DNA of 64,000 bases from Octopus sinensis (Eukaryota), in contig NW_021832227.1 of assembly GCF_006345805.1 (NCBI RefSeq), positions 248,001 to 312,000 on the forward strand. Direction: 5' to 3'. The notes below the pieces were generated by a model. The model saw nothing but the letters and a program-made list of their open reading frames with translations, was not told where the DNA came from and made no database searches. Positions 10,138 to 21,510 of the stretch are shown here, piece by piece (position 1 is the stretch's first letter; each line of letters begins with the position of its first letter). Both the position numbers and the translations under genes were made by a program.

Positions 10138-11129
10138 ATTCAATCCGGTTGAATTTTTAGAAAATAAAAAAAAATAAAAAAAACAAATAAAAATAAATAA
10201 TGTAAAAACAAAAAAATTAAAAAAACAAAAAAAAAACTTTAAAAATTTGTAAAATAGTATAAACAAAAAAAATCTCTGCCGCCACGACAACAACCTGTCT
10301 AATTTTTTTAACAGCCAATTAAGATAATGCTTAAGAGCCTTTATAGTCCGGAGATTTAGCTTAGTGACCTTGATTAGACAAACCACTGGCGGAAATGGGG
10401 CAGGCGGAGATGCGGCAGGCAGAGTAGCGGCAGGCAGAGTAGCAGCAGCCAAAAAAGCGACACACAAAAAAGATTTAATTAATTACCTTAAGCTGACCGT
10501 TTTTTCTTCAGCTTCGTTTTTCCTCCTTCGGTTATCTATTTAAAAAATTATTTTTGAATAATAAAAAATATTAGGAAAAAAGAGGCATACAGAAAATAAA
10601 TTCTATCTTTACAAAAAACTTCTTTTCTTAAGGTCGTCTTCCCTCCTTCGGTTATCTATTGAAAAAATTATTTTTGAATAATAAAAAAGTTTAGGAAAAG
10701 AGGCATACCGAAAATAAATTCTATCTTTACAAAAAATTTAACTAAATAGTTAATATTTTTACGCAAATTCTTCTGATTGCGCTGTCAATTGGTGGTAAAT
10801 TGTGTTAATGATTGTGCTAATGTGGTTTCAACTATCAAAGTGTTTTTCAAAATCTGTTAATTGCACACTCTATTCAAGGTCGTGCAATCTGTAATTGCAC
10901 ATTCTGTCAAAGTCAAATATGATACAGTACCGGTCATATGTTTTAGACATTCTGAAAAAATAATAGCTTTAATTTTGATTCATGGTCGATAATGATATAT
11001 GCATTTAATTTTAAAGAGAAAATCGTAGGAGGAATTGAATTTCTTTATCGCGAATAATTGGGAGTTCATCATTGTTAATATTCTTGCTGTCGTTTTTATC
11101 AAGGATATTCTTAATACGTGAGATTTTTG

Positions 11130-13305
11130 CCTCGAGGTTTTAATGGACCTCATCATGAATGTTGAGGACATTCACGTTGTTCATTTTAATCAAATGCAGA
11201 AAATAATTTTTTGATTTTTTGGCAAGAAGGTTTTAAGGACCTCATCATGTAAGTCGAGGACATCGTAGTTGTTCATTTTAACCAAAATGCAGAAAATTTT
11301 TTTTTAATTTTTTTTGGGGGGGAAGGTTTTAAGGACCTCATCATGTAAGTCAAGGACATCGTAGTTGTTCATTTAAACCAAAATGCAGAAAATTTTTTTT
11401 AATTTTTTTTGGGGGGAAGGTTTTAAGGACCTCATCATGTAAGTCGAGGACATCGTAGTTGTTCATTTTAACCAAAATGCAGAAAAGTTTTTTTTAATTT
11501 TTTTTGGGGGGAAGGTTTTAAGGACCTCATCATGTAAGTCGAGGACATCGTAGTTGTTCATTTAAACCAAAATGCAGAAATTTTTTTTTAAATTTTTTTT
11601 GGGGGGAAGGTTTTAAGGACCTCATCATGTAAGTCGAGGACATCGTAGTTGTTCATTTTAACCAAAATGCAGAAAATTTTTTTTTAATTTTTTTTGGGGG
11701 GAAGGTTTTAAGGACCTCATCATGTAAGTCGAGGACATCGTAGTGTTCATTTAAACCAAAATGCGGAAAATTTTTTTTAATTTTTTTTGGGGGGAAGGTT
11801 TTAAGGACCTCATCATGTAAGTCGAGGACATCGTAGTTGTTCATTTTAACCAAAACGCAGAAAATTTTTTTTTAATTTTTTTTGGGGGGAAGGTTTTAAG
11901 GACCTCATCATGTAAGTCGAGGACGGTACTTTTGTCGAAGTGGTCGCAGTTTTTTTAGAAGATAATTAAAATTAATTAATTTTTTTAGTGAAAAATAGAT
12001 TATTTAATTTATAACCCTCTATCAATAATTTAAATGGTTATTAAAATTATTTAAAAATTTATTTAACCAATTTAGTCATTTTTAGTACGCGGCATCCAAA
12101 TTCCAGGACTGTAGAAGGAATTTATGTCTTTTACAATCTGTGCAAAACATTCCTTATAGTTCTGTATTTGTTTTCGCCACATAAATTCTGAAAAAATAAC
12201 TAACTAAAAAAACCTGCGAAATAAGATCCCAGATGATGTCTTACAGCTCCTCTTTGAGCTTTATTCTTGCATTTTGCACTTCCCCACATTCGTTCTACTG
12301 TCTGGGTGTGCACTCCCGTCGTTGGATCCACAAAGAATTTTCTGAATATATTATATTTCCTTACTTATGGTTAACGGTTTCGTGTGTGTAGCCGTTTTCA
12401 ACCAATTGATCAGTTGAATACCCTAAATGTTAATCAAATAATGGTAACCTTTCCAGCAGTCACTATAAATAATGCTTCCCACCTCGACATATCGAATTAC
12501 TAGACTGAGCAGTGTTTCTCTGCTCCTATCCGCGACTGGTTGCAGAAAACACTGTTTGGTGGCTCGACAAATACCACCGAAGACCCACTGTTTTATGCCT
12601 ATCGTAACTCCATAAGTATATGTAGGCGATGACATCCTCAAATGGCAATCTACAATTCTCTAACCAGGTATCTAGAATTATTTGAGAGAAATTATACCTT
12701 TTTTAATAGAACATTGGACTCTACAACCAACTCTTGAGCATTTCCAATTGAGCTTCGGTCCCAAGACTAATTCCATCTGATGTCCCTTCGGACATATACG
12801 TGATTTTGAAAGGATATCCACATTTTGCAGAAAATGCACTGCATCCTCCTTACTTATTGGGAGCTGTCGGAATTTGATGTTGCATAAGTCCACAACAGAA
12901 TTTTCCATGTGACCTATAGTGCCAGTTTATATCAATATTAGGTACATGCTCGCCATAATATTAAAAAAAATTAGAAAATAAATTAGTAAAAAATTTAATA
13001 ATATTTTAAATTATTGATAGAGCGACTTAAATAAAATATAATATATTCCACCTCAAAAATTATTAGATTTTTTAAAAGGCCTAAAAAAACTGCGACCACT
13101 TCGACAAAAGTACCTCGAGGACATCGTAGTTGTTCATTTTAACCAAAATGCAGAAAATTTTTTTTGTAATTTTTTTTGGGGGGGAAGGTTTTAAGGACCT
13201 CATCATGTAAGTCGAGGATATCGTAGTTGTTCATTTTAACCAAAATGCAGAAAATTTTTTTTTTAATTTTTTTTGGGGGGAAGGTTTTAAGGACCTCATC
13301 ATCGA
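11130..13305. repeat. ~95-bp tandem array inside Helitron copy 1 (about 10 units plus a degenerate one), split by Merlin
   Basis: Unit aaggttttaaggacctcatcatgtaagtcgaggacatcgtagttgttcattttaaccaaaatgcagaaaa(T)naa(T)n(G)n. Units start at about 11227, 11323, 11417, 11512, 11607, 11702, 11795, 11890, 13185 and 13281. Confidence 0.95.
11925..13114 (-). mobile_element. Merlin (IS1016-like) DNA transposon, internally deleted, with an intron-containing transposase
   Basis: TIRs GGTACTTTTGTCGAAGTGGTCGCAGTTTTTTTAG at both ends; 8-bp TSD TCGAGGAC (11917-11924 and 13115-13122). Transposase 12908-12072 has WVFGGICR, IIYSDCWKGY, HETVNH, FVDPTTGVHTQTVERMW and SYFAEFMWR. Confidence 0.92.
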
Positions 13306-13899
13306 GGATATTCTTGATATGTTAGATTTTTGGGTGGAAGATTCTTGGAGGAGTTCATGATTTTAAGCTTGTTCCCCATTATTGGCTAATTATAAGGGGA
13401 AAAGATTTTGACAATTTATCTGTACTTTGCCAATTTGAAGTTGGTGTGCACACACAGACAGACACACACCATACCATTTTATTATTAAGATTTCTAAGAA
13501 CCAAGACGAGAAGGAAGCTTAGCTCTGCCCCAATTGGTGTTTTTCACTGTGATAGTTCGACATTCTCATAATTTTATGAGAAAAGGAAAAAAACGTATTT
13601 AAACCAAGAAATTAAAAGTTAGATTAATTAAAATTTTCAATTTACTGGTCTTCTTCGAACAGGGACATCAACTTTCATGATCCTTTTGCTATTATTTTGC
13701 CCTTCCTCAGGGTATTCGTTTTATGTCACCTCATTCGTGTTTCATGTCTTCTTTTCTTTAAATTATCTCCACTTTGATGATTGTTCGACACTGCATAATT
13801 TTTGTTGAGAACCAATGCTTTAGTCATTACGTCTTCGAAACTATGTTTTTATTCTACGAACATTTCTTTTATTATTATAGGCACTTTCGCGATGCCATG

Positions 13900-14140
13900 G
13901 ATCATGACAAAGTTTGTGCAGCACAGGAAACAATACGAGTAATTAGTTTATTCCATTTCCCGCGATCTTGGGCGACGTCCCGTAGTGCATCGAAATCGTC
14001 CCCGTTCTTCAATTCTTTATCAGTCCTCTTTAGGTCTCTATTCAGCGTACCCGGAAGATTATTTCTTGGTCGCCCACGGAAACGATGGCCCCCAGCTTCA
14101 AAATAGTTCTTCATAGCGGCGTTCACTGGCAAACATTCTT
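13900..14140 (-). mobile_element. RTE-like non-LTR retrotransposon 3' coding remnant
   Basis: RGRPRNNLPGTLNRDLK..DVAQDRGKWNKLI resembles the RTE C-terminal RGRP..W...D....A.DR..W motif. Confidence 0.45.
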
Positions 14141-14179
14141 TTTAACGTCTTCTTTAATGCAATCGTTTGAATGTACGTT

Positions 14180-14800
14180 AATGCCAAAAGATTGTCTTTA
14201 ATCCCAATCAAATTCATATATATTTTAAAATACTTTGAGGTGATCGCATTCTAGTTAATAACAATCGGAAGTATTTTGTATCATATTTATGAAGTTTTTC
14301 AACTTCAACTGCTTTTAAATTATCCATCCACGTCACTCCAACCTCTATTAGCCATATCCGGTTTAATTTTTTGTCGTATATGAAAATGTCCAGCTTGTTA
14401 TATTGAATTTTTGATTCGGTAGGAATATTAGTATCAAGGAATCGATGGTAATTATGCTTTGAATAGAGTGATTGTTTGAATCCAAATTTTCTGCATATGT
14501 GTATGCATTTAACAATTTTGTTTTGTCGCCTTCTATAATCAGATTTACGCGTTCTATTGCATCGAGTTGTCAAATGGTAGACTTTCTTATTAGAAATTTT
14601 GCAATATGGGCATTTCAAATCAAGCTCGCGGAAGAAAATATTCCTGTCTTGCAGAAGGAAGAACATGGCTTCAGATTTAGGAGAAATATTTCTTTTTACA
14701 ATCCATTTGAGGATGTCTGTATATCATTTTCAAGTGATTCAAATAATTTTGAATGGACAGTTTTCTTTTTGATAGCTGATAGGAAAGAGACAGTAAGAAA
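14180..14800 (-). mobile_element. R4/NeSL-like non-LTR fragment (CCHC plus restriction-like endonuclease)
   Basis: CPYCK..VYHLTTRC, then DIFIYDKK..IWLIEVGVT..VEVEKLHKYD. Confidence 0.75.
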
Positions 14801-14879
14801 ATGAAAAAATAACTCAATTTTTATTTTATTTGACTTTTTAATAAAGTTATCATTCCGAACTTTGGCACATAGTTTTTTT

Positions 14880-15420
14880 TTATAATTTTATTTTATTAAT
14901 AAAGAAAGGACAAGATAAAAATCGTCATTGGCAGATAGCCAGAGTATTGCCTCTGACTATGGCTATAGATATTCGTTCGGTTAAATACCGATGCTCACAC
15001 GGGTCGCCGGTAACCCTTTCGATTAGTGAGCCAATCCGCTGGAGTAGGGTCCGAGTAGAAGGCCCCTGTATTCCTGACGTCTCAACAGCCAGGGGGACAA
15101 ACACTCTGCCATTCCCAATTCCAGCGTATTTTTCAGCTTTTCTCTTCTCAGCCCGTTCAGACGGGGCTCCCGGATTTTCAATACAAAACTTGATATTCTA
15201 ATTGGAAAAGGAGTTCACACACGTGACGTCCCAAACCAGACACTTTCCCCTCTGGAATGAAAATGTGGTCATCCCATCGGGTCTTCTGCCGTCCTCTACG
15301 AAAATCCCTGCATGTTCCAATTGTGTGTGGAATCCAGCAGTTCGGAGAGATCGACAGATGATCTGGTTCAGTTAGGAAATGTCCGTGAGAAATTCCAATT
15401 CCGTTTCGACATGAGAGGGA
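14880..15420 (-). mobile_element. CRE-like non-LTR retrotransposon 3' fragment
   Basis: DGMTTFSFQRGKCLVWDVTCV..AEKRKAEKY..FVPLAVETSG..RISIAIVRGN, followed by an A-rich tail. Confidence 0.8.
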
Positions 15421-15539
15421 GTGATATCCAAACTCGTCGGTCCATAGTTTTTTGAGTAGTTTATTCTAAAAGATTTTCTAAGAAAGGAATTTTGGGAAAT
15501 AAAAACTATTTATTGATAAATAAATGTAATTAAGCCCTT

Positions 15540-15686
15540 TTAACTCCGAGATAATATTATCATCATTACGGCGGCAAAGACAATTAATACAGGAATAACT
15601 AATTTCCATAATTTTTCCTTGTCTCCCCGCAGTGCTTTTCTTAGTTCTTTCTGACCTTTCTTATCTTTAGCAGATTTTCTACGCAT
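15540..15686 (-). CDS. SMCO4: Small single-pass membrane protein, SMCO4-like (48 aa)
   Basis: MRRKSAKDKKGQKELRKALRGDKEKLWKLVIPVLIVFAAVMMIILSRS*: a basic N-terminus then a V(I/L)P.L-led transmembrane helix, as recalled for SMCO4. Below the ORF track cutoff. Confidence 0.6.
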   Translation of the reverse strand: MRRKSAKDKKGQKELRKALRGDKEKLWKLVIPVLIVFAAVMMIILSRS

Positions 15687-15989
15687 TTTCTAGTAATTAA
15701 TTAAAATAATGTCACAACAAAAACACAGTGAGCTGTTTAATTTAAAATGCTGAAACATTTTAAATATTAAAAAATTATTTATTAATAATTAAAAAATTAC
15801 AATAATTTTTTTACCATTATTATACGCTTATTATGATACAGAGCTTATGAAACAAGTAACATTTACAAGCCAGTGAATACCTTTGAAAACTTTTGATCAA
15901 AATTGAACATAATTCAGCAAATATCAACTTAAATGTCGTAAACCTGTTTAAAACGAAGAAAAAATGCGAAATGAGATAATCGGATAATT

Positions 15990-16210
15990 TTAATAATATA
16001 AAACAAATTTTTTTCATCCGAACTGGACCCCGCCAACATTGTTGCGTTGCCTCTCACAATAGCAACGGAGATCAACTGGAGAAGCCACCGGGTCTCACTT
16101 GTGTCGTTACTTTTTAATGTGGCTAAACGTCCAAGCTTCTTTAGGAAACGAAGCGATTTCCCACTTATTCCTTCAGTTGTCTTGATCACAATCAGATAAA
16201 ACGCGAATCG
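15990..16210 (-). mobile_element. CRE-like 3' fragment
   Basis: GKSLRFLKKLGRLATLKSNDTSETRWLLQLISVAIVRGNATML. Confidence 0.7.
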
Positions 16211-17399
16211 GTCTCACAGCGCTTCATATTTTCTTTTGTCTGATCTTAAAAGGAAAATTAATTTTTTCCTCAAAAATAAGAGACTTTGAGAGTCTAAAGA
16301 TAGAATATGACAACGATTTTAAGATTTGTGGAACTCAAATACAATTTGGAAGATTATTTGGAATTTGGTATCAATCTTATTAAGGAGTGTCAAAAGAAGC
16401 TAATGGATGGTAATAAATTGAAAGTGCTAAATTCAACTTTTTATATGTAGGAAAAAATATTGATATTAGGGCATCTACTGAATGCATAATAGTCCTAAGG
16501 CCGAATAAAATCTATCAATGCATACCAAAGTTGGAAAAACCAATTCCTAAAAAAGCTTTTGGACGTAAATAATATGGATAGTCTTCACCATAAACTATAT
16601 GAGTTTTATATGCTGCCAATAATAAACAGAGTCTACTACATTTAAATGCGCCGCAAAATGCAAATTCAAAAAAGTTGGGACCTTTTTGTACTATAGATTA
16701 TATATGTTTTCTATGACAAAATTAGTGTTATCATAATTTCAGTTAGAAGCATCAAATTGCGTGTTTGTTGACATTAAATAAAGGTTAGAAAAAAACAATA
16801 ATCCATAAGATTTTTGAATCACAAAGAGCCAACATTGGTATTCCTTTTCATCCAATCCTAGCTATGTCACAGAGGAAGGCTTCTGAAAAAGTTAATAGGT
16901 TTTGAAAGCTTTTGGTTCACTCTTATGAAATATTTCAAATGTCTGGAACGTCTGTTAATGTAGCGGAGCGATGATTTTATAATTCATATCAGGTTTTTGG
17001 CCATTTTACTAGTTTAAAAGTCCAAGTGACGTAGCATGAAATTATTCAGGCATTATTTTCCTGTGCTCAGTTGGCTGCAGCAAAATAATTTCACAAAGGT
17101 ACGATAATGCTCCAAGCGGCATTTTTAAATTGAAGCACGAAAAGCTAGGTTCCAGGAAAACATCAGGCCTGAGATGAATAGGTAGGTGGTTACTGCCATT
17201 AGGAAAACTCTGAGAACCTCCATTGAATCTACGACAGCTTAGAATGTTATAACGATGCCAAAGTTGTTCAGCAGTGAGGAGAACGACCGTTACCGGACTT
17301 TGACATATAAACAAGAATAACAAATTTGGTCACTAAACTTTGGAGTATTTGTCCATTTTGATTTGTCGATTGCAATCATAAAAATATTTTTAAATAAGA

Positions 17400-17850
17400 A
17401 GCCAGCGTGAAGAGCTAGAGAAGTCTTGTAGTTGAATAAATTACTCCACCTTTAGCCAGAAATTACGTGTTTTATCTTCAGAGATTTTGTTCTATAATCC
17501 GAGGGTCACTGATGCGAAGGTCTGCAAGGTCGGCTTCGATTTTACCCAGATAGTAGACTTGTCCGACTGACTTCACCTAATTGTTGTTCGCTCGACGGTT
17601 AACGCTCGTTACGGTTTTTGCTATGAGACATCCTCCATAACATGCAAGGTGTCCTGGGCCCTTACAATTAATACATGTTTCTTTGATATTCTTTTAAAAA
17701 ATTAATTCCAGGATTTATTTCAGACCCTGGGACATCGTCGTCTCAGGCCGATCTTGCGGGAAGGATTGAACCTTTCAGAAGGATCTCCCTCGTTTGGATC
17801 GGCGATCACGGGAATAACTATAATTAACTGGTTTTGCCCGTGTTTGGTCT
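17400..17850 (-). mobile_element. LINE ORF1 (gag-like) remnant
   Basis: CINCKGPGHLAC zinc-knuckle-like motif in a stop-interrupted, GC-richer block. Confidence 0.35.
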
Positions 17851-18089
17851 TTAAATAATAATAATAAGATTTTCTTTCATGACATTACATTAAAATTAAA
17901 TATTTGAAAATGTATGCATTTATCAAGAAAAATTTAACTCATCAAATTCTCAGATATGTGAAAGAAAAGTGTTTTAAGCCAAAAATAAAAATTCTGTGTG
18001 ATATTGTTATTATTTAAAAGAACAAAGTTAGATGCTAGCTAAGATAAGTGGTTGAAAGGTAGTCGAGAGCATAATGGTCAGTTCAACGA

Positions 18090-18350
18090 CACCACACTGC
18101 TTATTGAATGGCAGTTTCCGTTAAGCACAGCGACCGAGATTCGGTGAAAAAGTCAGCTCGTTTTTCTCCTGTCGTTTGTTTTCGTGGATATTCTCCTACA
18201 AATGTCAGTGAGAAGTTGAGTCGCGGCCTTGCCGACGATTTCTAAGGTTTCCAAAGAAAGGGGGTAAACTCAAAAGAGTCTGGAATAAACAGGTATTTCG
18301 TCCTCTTTGACACTTCGTCCTGAGCATTGGAGCCTCATTAGATGACAAAT
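18090..18350 (-). mobile_element. CRE-like 3' fragment, degraded
   Basis: LEIVGKAATQLLTDICRRISTKTNDRRKTS*LFHRISVAVLNGNCHSI. Confidence 0.5.
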
Positions 18351-18693
18351 TAGGACTTAATTAGGTAGACTCTTCATTTTAAGATAACAAATGCGAAATA
18401 CACCACAATAACGATAAAATATTATCAAATAATATCATTTTTCCTTCTCTATTAGAGTTTATCCGTGAGGGATTGTAAAAATACAGTTTTGACTTTAAAT
18501 AGTAGATATCATCAAGGATTGACAGACTTCTAGTAAAAATGATAAATGAGAAGATATCGACTCTTTATGTTCACTTTAAACATGTTCAGAATTCTCCTTA
18601 ATGAAATTTGATAGTGTTGCCTTAAATAGAATTAAATTAATTTCCATATTTGTTTTCTTGTCCATATAAATGTTATCTGATATACTGACATAA

Positions 18694-20475
18694 ATGTTAT
18701 TAGCAGTTATAATTGTCATATTTTCTCCAGTTTACGCCACTGTGTGCGTGCCCCTCAAATTCAAAGACAAAATTTTAGTTGGATCAAGAAAACGAGATGT
18801 TATTGATTGCCAAGCTGAAGGGGGAAGATATCAAACCGTGTGGAACTCTGACGGTCAGAAAAGGTGGTGCACAGTCTGGAATGACTGCAGCACATTAAAA
18901 GGCCCAGTCAACCTGAAATATAGATCGAACAATAAAAGTGGGTGATGTGGTTAACAGTAGGTGTCAAGACCTTCAACGTGAACATATCTAATGGAGCCAC
19001 TTTGATGGCCAACCTGGACGATTGGACTACGCCAATCGACTGCAAATATGTGGACTGTTATGTCAGGAAAGTGTACTACTCTTCAGGTGAAATACATAAG
19101 TGACTTTAAGATGTGATATTTGTTGACGGAATACAGATGAATAAAAATCAGGCCTCAATTCATTGCAGTGGTAGCGATAACAGAGCGATTATTTGGAATG
19201 TAAACAAAAATGAATCAGTGAAAAGTTAGTAAGGTGACTAATGTATCAGAAATGGTCTATCAATATCCTCCTTCAGGAAGTGTTACGCGTATATCCAACT
19301 CTCCATCATTTGGATGTTTCTTCTCCGGGGTTGCCGACAATCAAATCGCCTACCGTAACGTGAAAAACACTTCCGGAGAAGAAGGGTTATGGGAGTGCAG
19401 TCACGGAGACAGAAAGGCCTCCTACGAGTACTCGCATTATGGTTAATGTGTAATGGGTAAAGTTGGCAGAAGTCATTATGGACACACCATTGGAGGACTG
19501 CTTTGTTTCTCTTGAGGGATCCTGCACATTCTATTGTGACATGAAGTTGTGGCTCACTGGCGAGAAGGCAGAGACTATTGAGTGGATGATCAATGGGGAG
19601 ACCATCCACAAATGTACTTTTATTTCTCCTATTTAGGGAACGGTTTCAATGAGATAACTTTTACAAAACTCACCCAACAGGCTTCTATTCAATGCACTGG
19701 CAATTTCTCTTTCCGTAATATTACTGCCACTTCCTCTGCAAGGATTAATATTCTTTATAGTTTTACTCATCCAATCATCACTAGAAATTTCCGCATTTGA
19801 AAGATCCCCCAGTCCCAGATCATTCCCAATGAACGGCCACACAGTTCTCCAATGTGCCATCCTCGTCCACCCACTCCTCGTCAGCCAACTCAATTTTTAC
19901 CGAAATGGCGCCCTTCTACACACGTCTAATCTGTTCAATATATCTCAACAGACTGGCAGTGTCTCCAGGTTTGCAACCAATTTATAGTTCCCAGGAATAT
20001 GACCATCCACGCTAAATACGCCACTTCCCCAGACGACATCACGGGCTTCTACTATTGTGCCCTCAATAGTTCCTTCGTCACTCTTCAGTCTCCCCCAGTT
20101 TGGATTCACTGTCATGGTCAATTCCACTTTTCTTATTGACAGAACCAAACAATTTAACAACTCGCATTGCTGTCATATTTGGACTTCTCATTCTCATTCT
20201 TTTCCTCTTTTGCACCAGCTTCTACGTCTACCGTAATTGCAAAGGGAAATATTACAGATGTGAGTTCCTTTCTCATCAATTTAGTACGTCAATTTGAAGA
20301 ACGTTTTGGATTAACAAACAGAAGCAACAGTTTCACTGATCTCCGAAAGTTTGTTTATTCTGTTCTCATTGATAGAGAACAGAACACTCCATTTATGAAA
20401 TACAAACCCGATTTGCATAGTGAAGACGATGAGAGAGATTTAATGTATCCCTTCCATAACAAGACAATCCGTTAA
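18694..20475 (+). CDS. Type I membrane protein with several Ig-like domains, multi-exon
   Basis: Signal peptide MLLAVIIVIFSPVYA. Repeated C..W..C spacing (CTFYCD..IEWMINGE..IQC; LQCAI..FYRNG..DDITGFYYCAL). TM IAVIFGLLILILFLFCTSFYVY and a cytoplasmic tail ending at 20475. The pieces join through 21-29 nt phase-1 introns. Confidence 0.7.
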
Positions 20476-21510
20476 TCCATTTACTTATAATTTTTGCTAA
20501 TTTATTCCATGTTATTCATCTCTCTTACTATCACCCATAAACTACCCTTTAATAAAATTGGTTAGTTTATCTGATCGCTTCTTAACTATACCTTCCTTGT
20601 TTCCTAAACCTGTCATACTCAAATAAACTTTACTAATGAAAATTTAACATAACCCTATATGACTTTTATTTCTGAAGAGGCACTTGCATACTTTCTTGAA
20701 AGATCTTTTTAGGAACTTCTAAGTTAAAGTTTCAAAAAATTGTTTTAATGTACATTTAGTAGTATCGTTTAAAGTTGAGAAAATCACTCACGTTATATCA
20801 AGTATGAGAGGGAAAGTTTAAAAATCAGTATGACGAGATATGCACAATTATTAGGAAGCGGAAGAAGTTAAATGCAAATATTTCCCAATAATCAACGCTA
20901 AAACTTAGCAGACAGGATATTGAAAATTTGGATTATTTTCTACATGGGTTGAGTTAAATAGGCTTTGACTCAGCGGACTACGACTATTCAATAGAAATTA
21001 TTGAGAACTCCGAATTTTTTTTAGATTGTACAGTCTAAAAGACTTCTAATCTAAAAGTGGAGAATGAACTTGAATGAGATTCGTGCAATCCCATTTGATA
21101 GAGGCATTTAACAAAACTGTTTTTGCTTGTCAGATTTTTATCTGGGACTACACTTTTTTTAATAGTTCAACTGAGTCGAAAGCTTTTTTTGGAGAACAAT
21201 TTACTGTCAGTGTCCAAAGTTATTTAGGAATGTCCTTTCTTAGAAAACTTGAACATTCTTTTGGTTTCCAGATGTTTGTCACTTAATTAATATGCTTCAT
21301 GTACTCTCAAATTTTATATTGACTCACTTTGCTACTAAGTTAGGCTTTAGTTATAAGACAACCAAAAACTTTCAAAAGTTATAAATATGCTGCAAAAAAT
21401 GACAATTTGTCTATGCCAATTGCATTCGAGTGTCATTCGCAAACAGGTAATTTTAATCAAATGAATCAAACAAAACGTATTAATGAGAATAAACAAAATC
21501 CTTTAGAAGT

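Larger units (their letters stand above)
9569..13490 (-). mobile_element. Non-autonomous Helitron, copy 1 (contains a Merlin insertion)
   Basis: 5' TC at 13490 followed by a (GT)/(GTCT) microsatellite; 3' CTAG at 9569-9572 preceded by a GC-rich subterminal palindrome; inserted between A and T. Contains a PIF1 helicase C-terminal remnant and a tandem array. Second copy at 48744-50871. Confidence 0.9.

Noticed and set aside
10132-11853. ORFs 10132-10467, 10980-11171 and 11653-11853
   Set aside because: They are translations of low-complexity or tandem-repeat Helitron sequence.
11130-13305. 95-bp arrays as a CRISPR-like locus
   Set aside because: Units are head-to-tail with no unique spacers (only homopolymer length varies), they lie inside a Helitron, and no cas-like genes are present.
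16220-17350. Possible unannotated gene(s)
   Set aside because: The sequence looks coding-like, but I could not assemble a spliced frame or recognise a motif.
20800-21450. Possible small gene
   Set aside because: No consistent exon chain or homology.
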